DNA of 64,000 bases, taken from assembly GCA_963749595.1 (NCBI GenBank), contig CAVVNJ010000009.1:1380-65379 (forward strand), written 5' to 3'. Position numbers and translations under genes: made by a program. Of the stretch, positions 34,950-46,538 are shown one piece after another. This DNA comes from Candidatus Woesebacteria bacterium (GTDB lineage: Bacteria > Patescibacteriota > Microgenomatia > UBA1400 > UBA1396). The notes beneath the pieces were generated by a model that was not told the DNA's origin, made no database searches, and saw only the letters and a program-made list of their open reading frames with translations. Position 1 is the first letter of the stretch, and every line of letters starts with the position of its first letter.

Positions 34950-37900
34950 ATGAACGGTACCGACATGAATATCAACACGAATTCTGGCGAGTTTATGCCT
35001 AAATTCCAGAAACCGACCGAGCGTGTGGTGGACTTTGAGTCACTGCAGGTTTCTTTGGCCTCACCTGATCAAATCCGGGAGTGGTCCCACGGCGAGGTCA
35101 CTAAAGCTGAAACAATCAACTACCGCACCCAACGGGCGGAAAAGTCTGGTTTGTTTGCCGAAGAAATCTTCGGACCGATGAAAGACTGGCAGTGTCATTG
35201 TGGTAAGTACAAGGGCTACCGCTACAAAGGCATCATCTGTGATAAATGTGGTGTGGAAATCACCCAGAGCCGCGTTCGCCGCGAGCGCTTGGGTCATCTT
35301 GATCTAGCCGTTCCGGTCGCCCACATCTGGTTCTTTAAAGGTGCACCATCGCCATTATCCCTACTGTTGGACATGAGCCCGCGCAACTTGAGCGCCATTA
35401 TCTACTTCAGCAAATATATTGTGCTGGATATTGATACTGACGAAAAAGAGCAAGTCTTAGCCCGTTTGGAGCAAGACAAGCTGCAGGCTCGCGAGCAGTT
35501 GGAGGACGAAGCCAAAGAAGCGGTGGAAACGATCAAACAACAATTGCGTCTCGACCTGGAATCGATCAAGCAGCAGATTGCCGACGAGGAAAGCCGTGCC
35601 CTAAAGCAGGAGGCGGTCGAGCTCAAAGCCAAGCAGCAGATGGCGAGCATCAAAGACCAGCTGGCCAGTGATCTGGAAAATACCAACGAGGTTTACGGCA
35701 CCGTTCAAGAAATGGTCAAGAAACTGAAGAAATACTCAATTTTGTTTGAAGACGAGTATCTTAAGTTAGCCGAATACGACGCCGTCGATCACCTACGTAC
35801 CAGCATGGGCGCGGAAGCGCTTTTGGAAATGGTCAAGGCGATTGATCTGGACGATTTGGCCAACGAAATGCGCGAAGAAGTTGCCACTTCCTCCGGTCAA
35901 CGTCGCGTTAAGGCGACCAAGCGGCTGCGCATTGTCGAGGGTTTCCGTAAATCTAACCAGCGCCCGGAATGGATGTTCCAGAGTGTCTTGCCAGTTTTGC
36001 CTCCTGATTTGCGTCCCATGGTGCAGTTGTCCGGCGGTCGCTTTGCGACCTCCGATCTTAACGATCTGTACCGCCGCGTGATCAATCGGAACAACCGTCT
36101 TAACCACTTGGTTCACCTCGGCGCGCCGGAGATCATTCTCCGTAACGAAAAACGCATGTTGCAGGAAGCGGTTGACGCTCTAATCGACAGCGCCCACGCC
36201 CGCACGGCGCGCCGCGTACGCCGCCGCCCGTTGAAGTCTCTTTCCGAGATGTTGCGCGGTAAGCAGGGGCGTTTCCGCCAAAACCTGTTGGGTAAACGCG
36301 TCGACTATTCCGGTCGTTCAGTCATTGTGGTTGGTCCTGAGCTTAAACTAAACCAGTGTGGTCTCCCCAAGGAAATGGCACTGGAAATGTTCAAGCCTTA
36401 CGTCTTGCGCGAGCTGATCAAGCTCGGCTATGCGCCCAACATTCGTTCCGCCAAGTTCATGCTGGAGCGTCGTCAGGAAGTAGTTTATGACATTCTGGAG
36501 TCAATCACCAAGGATCATCCGGTGTTGCTTAACCGCGCTCCCACGCTACATAAGCTGGGCATTCAGGCTTTCTTCCCGATCCTGATTGAAGGTAACGCGA
36601 TTCGGTTGCATCCCTGTGTTTGTTCCGGTTACAACGCTGACTTTGACGGTGACCAAATGGCCGTCCACGTTCCGCTGACCAAACAGGCGATTCGCGAGGC
36701 GGCCGAAATGATGCTGCCTCAACATAACCTGCTCAAGCCGGCGGATGCTTCCCCGATCACCGTTCCGAACAAGGAAATGGCGATGGGAGTGTACTACCTA
36801 ACTTCGGTTGATCCCAAGGCCAAGTTGCATGAGGGCATCTTCGCTTCAGCTGATGAAGCGGAACATGCTTTCCAGATCGGTTTAGTGACTCGACGCCAGC
36901 CAATTACGGTGCGTCTGCGCCGCTCAGGCGTGACCGAGCGGGTAGAAACCACTGTTGGTCGCATTCAGTTCAATAACATTTTGCCTGAGGAACTGCGTTT
37001 CCTCAACGTTGCGGTTACCGCTGGCAAGATTAAAGAATTGATTACCGAGGCAATCGGTCTTTTCCCCGAAGATCAGGTCGCCGAATTGATCGACAACATC
37101 AAAGACATCGGCTTTTTGGTCGCGACTCGTTCCGGTTTGTCCGTGGCGGTTAGCGATTGTGTCATGATTGAAGGTAAGGGCTTGATCATCACCGCGGCTA
37201 ACAAGCGGGTCGAGGAAATCCAGGAGAGCTATCTCCAGGGTCTGATCACCGCTGAAGAAAAGCGCCGTTTGATGTTCGAAGTCTGGATGCAGACCACGGA
37301 CGACGTGGCCGAAAAGACCTGGAACAACTTTGACGAAGCCAACGCCATCAAGGTGATCATTAACTCCGGTGGTACCCGTGCTTCCAAAGATCAGGTCAAA
37401 CAGTTGGCCGCCATGCGTGGACTGGTTGTTGACCCTCTGGGCCGGATCGTGGAAATGCCGACGAAGTCCAACTTCCGCGAGGGTTTGTCGATCTTTGAGT
37501 ACGTGACCTCGTCCCGTGGTTCCCGTAAAGGTCTGACCGACTCGGCTTTGAAAACCGCCGATGCCGGTTACCTTACTCGTCGCCTTTGTGACGTTGCCCA
37601 TGACGCGATCATTCGCGCTGAGGATTGCGGTACCGAGGAAGGTATCGAGATCGTCCGCAAGGGAGAACGCGAAAAGATTTTTGCCAACCGCTTTATTGGT
37701 CGAACGGCCGCAGCGGATATCACCGCTCCGGATGGCCGGGTTCTACTGGCTAAGGGTGAGTTTATTGACGACGTGATGGCTAAGCAATTAGCCGCCGATG
37801 GCGTGGAAAAGGTGACCGTTCGCTCGCCACTAACCTGTCAGATGCCGATTGGCCTTTGTCAGAAGTGTTACGGTTGGGATTTCTCGACCAAAAATCTGGT

Positions 37901-38714
37901 CACCGTTGGTACTCCGGTCGGTATTATTGCCGCCCAGTCGATCGGTGAGCCTGGTACCCAGCTGACGATGCGGGTCAAGCACTCCGGTGGTATTGTCGGT
38001 CTCGACGTTACCCAGGGTCTGCCGCGGGTTGAGGAACTGTTCGAAATTCGGGTTCCCAAAGCCGAAGCGCCAATGGCCGAGATTTCCGGTAAAGTGGCTG
38101 TGGCCGAAACCGAAGCGGGCTATAAAGTCACGATTACCTCGACTGGTAAGCCCCAAGAAGTGCGGACTTACGATATTCCGCGCGGCATTGTGCCCCAAGT
38201 TAAAGATGGCGATTTGGTGACCGCCGGTCATCAATTGGCCGCTGGTTCGCTGGACATCCGCAACGTTTTGGAGCTCCGTGGTTTGCGCGCATCGCAGCAG
38301 TACTTGCTGGACGAGATTCAGCGAGTTTACGAGTCGCAGGGTATTTCGATCAACGACAAGCACTTTGAGACAATTATCGCTAAGATGAGCGACAAAGTCT
38401 CGATTGAGACCGCTGGTGACACTTCGTTGTTGCCGGGCGAGATCGTTGACCGTATGCGCTTCCGCGAAGAGAACGAGAATGTGTTGGCCGAAGGTGGCGA
38501 ACCCGCAACCGCGCAGGTGTTGGTACTCGGTATTACCCGAGCTTCCCTTTACACCGAAAGCTGGCTGTCGGCCGCTTCTTTCCAGAACACGACTACGGTT
38601 CTAACTCAAGCGGCTACTGAAGCTCGCGAAGATCGTCTCCTGGGTCTGAAGGAAAACGTCATCATCGGACGTTTGATTCCGACCTCCCCGGAGCGGGCTG
38701 AGATCGAACTATAA
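34950..38714 (+). CDS. rpoC: DNA-directed RNA polymerase subunit beta'
   Basis: NADFDGD catalytic motif. ATG at 34950 follows GGAGG. Confidence 0.98.
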   Translation: MNGTDMNINTNSGEFMPKFQKPTERVVDFESLQVSLASPDQIREWSHGEVTKAETINYRTQRAEKSGLFAEEIFGPMKDWQCHCGKYKGYRYKGIICDKCGVEITQSRVRRERLGHLDLAVPVAHIWFFKGAPSPLSLLLDMSPRNLSAIIYFSKYIVLDIDTDEKEQVLARLEQDKLQAREQLEDEAKEAVETIKQQLRLDLESIKQQIADEESRALKQEAVELKAKQQMASIKDQLASDLENTNEVYGTVQEMVKKLKKYSILFEDEYLKLAEYDAVDHLRTSMGAEALLEMVKAIDLDDLANEMREEVATSSGQRRVKATKRLRIVEGFRKSNQRPEWMFQSVLPVLPPDLRPMVQLSGGRFATSDLNDLYRRVINRNNRLNHLVHLGAPEIILRNEKRMLQEAVDALIDSAHARTARRVRRRPLKSLSEMLRGKQGRFRQNLLGKRVDYSGRSVIVVGPELKLNQCGLPKEMALEMFKPYVLRELIKLGYAPNIRSAKFMLERRQEVVYDILESITKDHPVLLNRAPTLHKLGIQAFFPILIEGNAIRLHPCVCSGYNADFDGDQMAVHVPLTKQAIREAAEMMLPQHNLLKPADASPITVPNKEMAMGVYYLTSVDPKAKLHEGIFASADEAEHAFQIGLVTRRQPITVRLRRSGVTERVETTVGRIQFNNILPEELRFLNVAVTAGKIKELITEAIGLFPEDQVAELIDNIKDIGFLVATRSGLSVAVSDCVMIEGKGLIITAANKRVEEIQESYLQGLITAEEKRRLMFEVWMQTTDDVAEKTWNNFDEANAIKVIINSGGTRASKDQVKQLAAMRGLVVDPLGRIVEMPTKSNFREGLSIFEYVTSSRGSRKGLTDSALKTADAGYLTRRLCDVAHDAIIRAEDCGTEEGIEIVRKGEREKIFANRFIGRTAAADITAPDGRVLLAKGEFIDDVMAKQLAADGVEKVTVRSPLTCQMPIGLCQKCYGWDFSTKNLVTVGTPVGIIAAQSIGEPGTQLTMRVKHSGGIVGLDVTQGLPRVEELFEIRVPKAEAPMAEISGKVAVAETEAGYKVTITSTGKPQEVRTYDIPRGIVPQVKDGDLVTAGHQLAAGSLDIRNVLELRGLRASQQYLLDEIQRVYESQGISINDKHFETIIAKMSDKVSIETAGDTSLLPGEIVDRMRFREENENVLAEGGEPATAQVLVLGITRASLYTESWLSAASFQNTTTVLTQAATEAREDRLLGLKENVIIGRLIPTSPERAEIEL

Positions 38715-38718
38715 AAAT

Positions 38719-38762
38719 CGTAAGGGGATTGTTCTCGAAGAGATTAATCCCCGCTTCCAAAT
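38719..38762 (+). repeat. 44-nt hairpin-box element, copy 1 (variant tail GCTTCCAAAT)
   Basis: cgtaaGGGGATTgTTCTCgaaGAGAttAATCCCCgcttccaaat. Confidence 0.8.
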
Positions 38763-38774
38763 GGAAACCAAAAA

Positions 38775-38799
38775 GGCGGGGGTAACAACCCGCCTTTTT
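38775..38799 (+). terminator. terminator after rpoC
   Basis: GGCGGG-8 nt-CCCGCC followed by TTTTT. Confidence 0.7.
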
Positions 38800-38862
38800 G
38801 GTCGCGTCGGCTCTTGCCAACTCGTCGAACAACTGTTTACAATGGTCTAAAGGAATTTGACC

Positions 38863-39474
38863 ATGCCCGCACGCCGCTCATCTTTGTCCCGAAATTGGTT
38901 GTTGATTGTGGTCGGAGTTTTGGCCATCGCAGGATTCGTCGCTTCCTACTTCTTAGTCTTTCAGACTCAGGAAATTCGCCAGCAAGCGGCTGGTTGTTCG
39001 GAAGCACCCGTTAACGTTGAATTTCGCAAATACACTGGTAAAGATGAGCCTGGCTGGAAAAGCGATTTGAATAATGTTTTTCCTGGTGACAAACTAGATG
39101 TAAACTGTTTTGCAAAAAACGGCACTGCTTTGCTCAAGAACGGCAAATTTACGGCTACTCTCAATGGGAAGCCATACACTATTCCCAAGGCGGCTTTCAA
39201 ATCACCAACGGAAATCCGGGGTTGGAAGATTCCGCAAGAAGGAAAGTATGTCTTTACTTGTAGCAATGGTGCCGGTTGCAAGGATAGTGATGATATCGTC
39301 ATTCCCAAGCGGCCTACACGTCCCACCCCGACTCCCACACCAACTCCGCCCACCAGCCCAACGCCCACGCCAGTTGTCTGTGTACCCCCGCACGTGGCTG
39401 ACCTAAACCATGACTGCCTGGTCGATATTCGAGACTTCGACCTATTCCTAAAGGACTTCCTTGCCAACCAATAA
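38863..39474 (+). CDS. secreted or anchored protein with a PT linker and a C-terminal dockerin/EF-hand-like Ca-binding loop
   Basis: N-terminal TM, TPTPTPTP linker, and DLNHDCLVDIRD matching DxNxDxxxDxxD. Confidence 0.6.
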   Translation: MPARRSSLSRNWLLIVVGVLAIAGFVASYFLVFQTQEIRQQAAGCSEAPVNVEFRKYTGKDEPGWKSDLNNVFPGDKLDVNCFAKNGTALLKNGKFTATLNGKPYTIPKAAFKSPTEIRGWKIPQEGKYVFTCSNGAGCKDSDDIVIPKRPTRPTPTPTPTPPTSPTPTPVVCVPPHVADLNHDCLVDIRDFDLFLKDFLANQ

Positions 39475-40672
39475 AAAGAAAACCTATCGCCGATCTCGTT
39501 TCCAGCCCTGGTTGGTGGTAGTTGGGGCGATCGGTTTGGCGGTCCTCATTTTGGGTGGTCTGTGGTGGCAGCAACAGCGGTTAACGCAGCAGCAACTCCA
39601 GGTTTCCGAAGCTGCCAGCGAGTCGATCATGGAAGTCGGGGCGGAAGTGCCTTCAACTTTCAAAGTCGGAACCAATACACCCCTTGTTTTGAACCTGAAC
39701 ACTAAAGTTAAACGGATTTCCGCTTTGCAGCTGGTAATGTTGGTCAAAGGCATTCCTCCCACTCGAATCACCTTGTCACCGCGCACGGTGGTCGGCTTGA
39801 ACACGGTAGTTTCTACCAAGACCGCTGCCGGTAATGACACCCAGATTAAGCTGGTCTTTTTCTCCGATCCGTCGGTAGCCTCGGTTTACTCGACTAACGG
39901 GCAGGTGGTGAAGATCGCCGATATCGGTATCAATCCCAATGCTATCGGCAGTTACGAACTACAATTTAACACTACCAATTCAATAGTGACCGGTTATCCT
40001 AATCCGGAAATTTCACTGAGCTTGCCAGGCACGATTGCTCTGGCTGCGATTGCTCCGGGAGCCGGAGGTGGCGGGGCTGACGTGAAGAAGTCCTGTGACC
40101 AAAATTGTGCCACTGACACCGAATGTAAGGCCGAGCTTGTTTGCTATCAAGGTCGCTGCCGCCTCCCAGCTGATAAAGAGGATGTGAAATGTGGTGTCAA
40201 GCCTGATCAGGGGATTCACCGCAGTTGCAACCAGTATTGTGCCGATAGCAATGAGTGCTTGGACGAATTGGATTGTTATTACAATCTTTGCCGCAATCCA
40301 CGCAATCTTGAAAACGCGAGCTGTGCTGAACCTACCCCGCAACCAACCCCGAGGCCTATCTTGAGCTTCCGTCGAGCCACACCTACCCCCACTCCTCGTC
40401 CTACACCGACGCCTACGCCGACCCCCACCCCGACTCCCACGATTCGGCCAACCCTAGCTCCACAGTTCGTGGTCACCCCAGTAAGGCTTGAGGCCACGCC
40501 CACCCCGACTCCAACCCCTTCCCCGGAACCGACACCCACTCCCAAGCCAGCGAGCTCTGGCGGTGGTTTACTCGGTTCGATCTTGGTCTTCGGTGGGATC
40601 ATTGTTGCCCTGGCGGTCGGGATTTGGTTTGTGGCTAAGCGGTGGTCGCCTAAGAGTACGCCTGGATGGTAA
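39461..40672 (+). CDS. surface protein: N-terminal TM, beta-rich (possibly cohesin-like) domain, two Cys-rich modules, PT linker, C-terminal TM anchor
   Basis: TTG start. CDQNCATDTECKAELVCYQGRCRL and CNQYCADSNECLDELDCYYNLCRN modules. Confidence 0.6.
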   Translation: MPTNKKKTYRRSRFQPWLVVVGAIGLAVLILGGLWWQQQRLTQQQLQVSEAASESIMEVGAEVPSTFKVGTNTPLVLNLNTKVKRISALQLVMLVKGIPPTRITLSPRTVVGLNTVVSTKTAAGNDTQIKLVFFSDPSVASVYSTNGQVVKIADIGINPNAIGSYELQFNTTNSIVTGYPNPEISLSLPGTIALAAIAPGAGGGGADVKKSCDQNCATDTECKAELVCYQGRCRLPADKEDVKCGVKPDQGIHRSCNQYCADSNECLDELDCYYNLCRNPRNLENASCAEPTPQPTPRPILSFRRATPTPTPRPTPTPTPTPTPTPTIRPTLAPQFVVTPVRLEATPTPTPTPSPEPTPTPKPASSGGGLLGSILVFGGIIVALAVGIWFVAKRWSPKSTPGW

Positions 40673-40675
40673 GGC

Positions 40676-40684
40676 TGCTATAAT
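40676..40684 (+). promoter_or_regulatory. extended -10 promoter (TGcTATAAT), 7 nt before the ATG at 40692
   Basis: Sequence match. Confidence 0.5.
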
Positions 40685-40691
40685 TTCTGAT

Positions 40692-41111
40692 ATGGAACTT
40701 CCTTTTGCCCACGCTGCGGACCGATGGTTGATTCAGGAGGGTTTGAGTATGACTCCGGAAAGTGAGGCGAAGTTAGATCGACTGTTAACGGTAGATCAGA
40801 TTATAGCCGAGGCGAAAATAGCTGACGAAAATCAACAAAAAGTCCTCAGATTTGCTGCTGATAAGCTTGAGGCGAATAAGAAACATCAAATTTCTGTCGC
40901 TGCACTACGAGAAAAGCTGAAGTTTTTGGAGAAAAGTTGGCTCGGCTGGCAAGAGCGAGTCGGTGGGGAACATGAAAATATTCACTTGCCGTTTCTTCCA
41001 TTTTCTAATTCAACCGATCGAGGGACCGCGGATGATGATAGTCGGGAAAACCTGACTTCAGCTGTAGAAGTAGTGCAAGTTCTATTAACCAATCTGAATG
41101 CTATTTCCTAA
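40692..41111 (+). CDS. hypothetical protein
   Basis: ORF trimmed to the ATG 7 nt downstream of the -10 element. Confidence 0.5.
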   Translation: MELPFAHAADRWLIQEGLSMTPESEAKLDRLLTVDQIIAEAKIADENQQKVLRFAADKLEANKKHQISVAALREKLKFLEKSWLGWQERVGGEHENIHLPFLPFSNSTDRGTADDDSRENLTSAVEVVQVLLTNLNAIS

Positions 41112-41145
41112 AAGAACGATTGTTGATGTCTGGCAATACACAGCA

Positions 41146-41173
41146 TTGAGCTTTAGATTTTTTCTGTTATAAT
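41146..41173 (+). promoter_or_regulatory. promoter of the str operon
   Basis: TTGAGC, 16-nt spacer, TGtTATAAT. The initial transcribed ATCGGTCTAG is shared with the rpoB promoter. Confidence 0.55.
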
Positions 41174-41294
41174 TAATCGGTCTAGTGTGAAGAAATTCAG
41201 GCTGGTCGGTAACGATACCGCTTGAGTAATACTAGAAACTTCGCTCCTTTTGGATGCGTATTTTTCAGTCTTCACCCTAGTCGAAAACAAAAAC

Positions 41295-41338
41295 CGTAAG
41301 GGGATTTTTCTCGTAGAGGATAATCCCCGCTACAAAAT
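41295..41338 (+). repeat. 44-nt hairpin-box element, copy 2
   Basis: cgtaaGGGGATTttTCTCgtaGAGGatAATCCCCgctacaaaat, 13 nt before the rpsL ATG. Confidence 0.85.
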
Positions 41339-41351
41339 TAGGGAAGCAATT

Positions 41352-41768
41352 ATGCCAACTATTAACCAATTAATTCGTAAGGGACGCTCGGCTAAACCGA
41401 AGCGCGTCAAGGCTACCGCTTTGCGCCGCGGTTTTAACGCCATCAAAAACCGCGTCAACTTGACTATGAGCCCGCAGCGTCGCGGCGTTTGTACGTTGGT
41501 TAAAACCATGACTCCGAAAAAGCCGAACTCGGCTCTCCGGAAAGTAGCACGTGTTCGTTTATCCAACCGGGTTGAAGTTACCGCTTATATCATGGGTGAA
41601 GGCCATAACTTGGCCGAGCACTCCATTGTTTTGGTTCGCGGTGGCCGCGTGAAAGATTTGCCTGGTGTGAAATACCACATTGTGCGCGGTAAGTATGATG
41701 CCGCTGGTGTTGCCAACCGCAAGTCTTCCCGATCAAAGTATGGTGTCAAGAAACCAAAGAAAGCTTAA
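41352..41768 (+). CDS. rpsL: 30S ribosomal protein S12
   Basis: [12 protein letters not shown] start; full family match. Confidence 0.97.
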   Translation: MPTINQLIRKGRSAKPKRVKATALRRGFNAIKNRVNLTMSPQRRGVCTLVKTMTPKKPNSALRKVARVRLSNRVEVTAYIMGEGHNLAEHSIVLVRGGRVKDLPGVKYHIVRGKYDAAGVANRKSSRSKYGVKKPKKA

Positions 41769-41785
41769 GTTTTACAAGGTAATTT

Positions 41786-42265
41786 ATGTCACGAGCCAAA
41801 TTAACCCCCAAACGTCCTTTCCAACCCGACCCGCGTTTCAACTCGGTTTTAGTCGGCAAGATCATCAACCGCGCCATGCGCGATGGTAAGAAAATCGCCG
41901 CCCAAAAGCAGATTTACCGCGCCCTGGAAATTGTTTCTGAGACCCTGAGACGCGATTCTCTCGATATCCTTGAGGAATCAATTCGCAAAATCACCCCACT
42001 AATGGAAGTTCGTTCCCGCCGGGTTGGCGGTGCGTCCTACCAGGTTCCCATGCCGGTTCGTCCGGATCGGGGCCAATCGGTGGCGATCCGCTGGTTACTC
42101 AACGAAGCCAACAAGCGCGCCAACGGTTCCTACCACAGCTTTGCCGACAAATTGGCGGCTGAGTTGATGGACGCCCTAAAAGAAGAAGGCGGCGCTTTCG
42201 GCAAGAAGATTGTCACTCACAAAATGGCCGACGCCAACAAGGCGTTCGCTCACTTCCGCTGGTAG
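41786..42265 (+). CDS. rpsG: 30S ribosomal protein S7
   Basis: Family match. Confidence 0.97.
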   Translation: MSRAKLTPKRPFQPDPRFNSVLVGKIINRAMRDGKKIAAQKQIYRALEIVSETLRRDSLDILEESIRKITPLMEVRSRRVGGASYQVPMPVRPDRGQSVAIRWLLNEANKRANGSYHSFADKLAAELMDALKEEGGAFGKKIVTHKMADANKAFAHFRW

Positions 42266-42269
42266 AAAT

Positions 42270-42623
42270 ATGACTCGTAATCCAGACATGGGCTCAAAAA
42301 TCACTCGCGCTGAAGCTGATCGGATATCCAACGAGCAGACTCATCAATTCGTAACGAAGTTGCTTACCGAAATGCGAGAAAAGCACGGTGATCAATTAGT
42401 GGTCACCCTGGGCAAGGAAAAACAAGTTGTTAATTTAGCTAAAGTGTCGCAATTAATCGGCGAGCTATTAACTCGGAGCAAATATAAAGAAATGTCTTTT
42501 ATTTATCGTTTATTGTCCAAAATCGACGGTATTTCCATCACAGCTGATACCGTGAATCGTTGGGTGCAAGAAATGGATAAAGCAATCGAGGAAGATGTTG
42601 AGGATCAATACGACCTTCGCTAA
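42270..42623 (+). CDS. hypothetical protein inserted between rpsG and fusA
   Basis: 117-aa ORF, tightly packed and co-oriented. Confidence 0.55.
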   Translation: MTRNPDMGSKITRAEADRISNEQTHQFVTKLLTEMREKHGDQLVVTLGKEKQVVNLAKVSQLIGELLTRSKYKEMSFIYRLLSKIDGISITADTVNRWVQEMDKAIEEDVEDQYDLR

Positions 42624-42636
42624 TTGAAAGAAACCT

Positions 42637-44776
42637 ATGGCCACCCCGCAAACCGTCAAAACCTCCAACCGCCACATGGCGCAGAACCGGATCCGCAATA
42701 TCGGCATCATTGCCCATATCGACGCCGGTAAAACTACCACAACCGAACGCATTCTGTATTTCACCGGCAAATCCTACAAAATCGGTGAGGTGCATGAGGG
42801 TGCGGCCATCATGGACTGGATGGAGCAGGAACGAGAGCGCGGTATTACCATTGTTTCCGCGGCCACGACTACTTTCTGGACACCGGAACTGGACACGGCT
42901 ATGCCGCATGAGCCGTTCCGCATCAATATCATTGACACTCCCGGCCACGTCGACTTCACTGCTGAGGTGGAGCGTTCGCTGCGCGTTCTGGACGGCGGTA
43001 TCACCGTTCTGGATGCCGACAAGGGCGTGCAGTCCCAGTCCGAAACCGTCTGGCGCCAGGCTGACAAGTACAAAGTTCCGCGCATTTGTTTTGTCAATAA
43101 AATGGACAAAGTCGGAGCCAACTACAACTTCGTGGTCAATGACATCCGCCAGAAATTTGGCGTCAAACCGGCCGCGATGGTCTTGCCCATGGGCGCCGAA
43201 GGCGAGTTCCGTGGCTTGATTTTACTTTTGGACATGAAAGCGGTGTACTGGAAGGACCAAGAGCCGGAAACCGATTACGAAATCATCCCGATTCCCGAAC
43301 AATTCCAGGCCGAGGCCGAGGCCATGCGCCACACTCTGGTCGAGCAGATTTGCGAGACCGATGAAGCCTTGTTGGAGAAATACTTCAACGGCGAGGAAAT
43401 CTCGGTCAACGAACTGAAAGTCCGCGCTTGCGCAAAGCCGTCATTAACTACGAGTTGGTGCCGGTGTTTGCCGGATCTTCCCTGCGCAACATGGGCGTTC
43501 AGCCTTTGTTGGACGCGGTGGTTGAGTACTTGCCCTCTCCGGAAGACATCGTCGAAATCACCGGTACCAATCCGCGCAATAACGACGAGAAGTCGTCCGC
43601 AAGTTGGTGCCGGAAGAAAAGCTGGCCATGCTGGCTTTCAAGATCCAGACCGATCCGCACGTTGGCCGCATTACCTACTGTCGTATTTATTCCGGCAAGC
43701 TGTCGGCCGGTTCCTATCTGTACAACGCCACCCGCGATCTCAAAGAGCGCGTTGGCCGCGTCCTGCTGATGCACGCCAACCAGCGCGAAGAAATTGAAAC
43801 CGCTTTTTCCGGTGAAATCGTGGCCTCTGGTCGGCTTGAAGGACACCCGCACTGGCGACACTCTTTGTGACGAAAGCGCCCCAATCCTGTTGGAAGGCAT
43901 CAGTTTTGCCGAACCGGTCATCTCTTTGGCCATTGAACCCAAGACCAAAGCCGACCAGGAAAAGATGGGCGTGGCGCTGCAACAAGCTGGCCATGGAAGA
44001 TCCCGACTTTCCGCATCAGCGTCAACCAGGAGACCAACCAGACGGTCATTGCCGGCATGGGCGAGTTACACCTGGAAATTTTGGTCGACCGCATGAAGCG
44101 CGAGTTCAAGGTTGGCGCCAACGTTGGTGCACCGCAGGTGGCTTACCGCGAAACCATTTCCAAGAACATTGAATCCGAAGGCAAATACATCAAGCAGTCC
44201 GGCGGCCGTGGCCAGTACGGTCACTGTTGGTTGCGGTTGGAGCCCAAGGACCGCGGCACCGGTTTTGAGTTTGTCAATGCTGTTACCGGTGGCGCCATTC
44301 CCCGCGAGTTCATCTCGCCGATCGAAAAAGGTGTCAAGGAAGCCATGGCGAACGGCGTAATGGCCGGTTTTCCGCTGGTGGACATGAAGGTGACGGTCTA
44401 CGACGGTTCTTACCACGACGTTGACTCTTCGGAAATTGCTTTCAAGATCGCGGCCTCGATGGCTCTGCAGGACGGCGTCAAGCGCGCCGGGATGCAGTTG
44501 CTTGAGCCGATCATGAAGATCGAAGTGACGACCCCCAAAGATTTCATGGGCGACGTGATTGGCGATTTGTCATCCCGGCGCGCGCAAATCCAAGGCTCGG
44601 ACGAGCAGGGAGCGGCCGTGATTATCAAGGCGCTGCTTCCGTTGGCTGAACTCTCGAGCTATGCTACAATTCTTCGTAGCATGACCCAGGGTCGCGCCTC
44701 CTACTACATGGAGCCGAGCCACTATGAGGTCGTGCCGTCCGGCATCGCCCAAGCGATTATCGAGAAGCAAAAATAA
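42637..44776 (+). CDS. fusA: elongation factor G, interrupted by 5 frameshifts in this assembly
   Basis: AHIDAGKTT and DTPGHVDF motifs. The EF-G sequence continues through frames 1, 0, 2, 0, 1, 2, with shifts near 43426, 43590, 43826, 43983 and 44008. Confidence 0.9.
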
Positions 44777-44780
44777 AAAC

Positions 44781-44824
44781 CGTAAAGGGATCAATCTTGG
44801 AAAGAATAATCCCCGCTACAAAAT
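44781..44824 (+). repeat. 44-nt hairpin-box element, copy 3
   Basis: cgtaaaGGGATcaaTCTTggaAAGAataATCCCCgctacaaaat, upstream of tuf. Confidence 0.85.
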
Positions 44825-44854
44825 AGAAAAAAGAAAAATAAAGGAGAAAAAAAT

Positions 44855-46033
<1,179 letters not shown>

Positions 46034-46060
46034 GATCTAGGTTTAAACCGAAAACTAAAG

Positions 46061-46083
46061 CCCCCGGGAAACCGGGGGTTTTT
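46061..46083 (+). terminator. terminator after tuf
   Basis: CCCCCGG-gaaa-CCGGGGG followed by TTTTT. Confidence 0.8.
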
Positions 46084-46143
46084 GGTAAACAGGCTGTGAT
46101 AAACTGTGGCTAATTCGATGGGAAGACTTGACGGAAAGGAATT

Positions 46144-46455
46144 ATGAACCAAAATTTTGGCGATTTGGGTGAGTCTGATCGATTTCGACGGGAAGTCGAT
46201 TCCCAAGTAATGGAAGGTCGGAAACTATTGGAGGTTGCGGCTGGCGCCATTGCCGGTCTTCGGTTGACTTATGAAGAGATGAGGACTTTCCTTACCTCGA
46301 TGATCCGCGATAGTTCATTAAAAGGTTGCGAAATCATTGAAAAACGGAACGGGTATCATTTTGACGCTTATCAGGAAATGGCTGCAACAATGGGCGGCGA
46401 TAAAAACCTTGATACAATGTCTGGTTCGCCCGAAAAGATGGCCGATGGCAGTTGA
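46144..46455 (+). CDS. hypothetical protein
   Basis: ORF only. Confidence 0.5.
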   Translation: MNQNFGDLGESDRFRREVDSQVMEGRKLLEVAAGAIAGLRLTYEEMRTFLTSMIRDSSLKGCEIIEKRNGYHFDAYQEMAATMGGDKNLDTMSGSPEKMADGS

Positions 46456-46538
46456 AGCTTGCAGCGTTTCCGCCCGAGGATAGAGTGGAGTGGTAATCGT
46501 TAGAACGAGCAAGTTCATTCCTGATACACTTCGATAGG

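Noticed and set aside
38761-38850. A 29-codon ORF (METKKAGVTTRLFGRV...) right after hairpin copy 1.
   Set aside because: It runs through the rpoC terminator stem-loop and has no RBS. It is most likely fortuitous.
39290-40560. Short tandem DNA repeats (ccgac/cccac units at 39300-39370 and 40370-40550) as possible CRISPR or noncoding tandem repeats.
   Set aside because: They are in frame and encode Pro/Thr linkers of the two surface proteins. There is no repeat-spacer architecture.
43420-44060. Programmed ribosomal frameshifting as an explanation for the split fusA, rplC and rpsD genes.
   Set aside because: The shifts go in both directions, several occur per gene, and there are no slippery heptamers or downstream stimulatory structures. 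The pattern fits indel errors or decay better.
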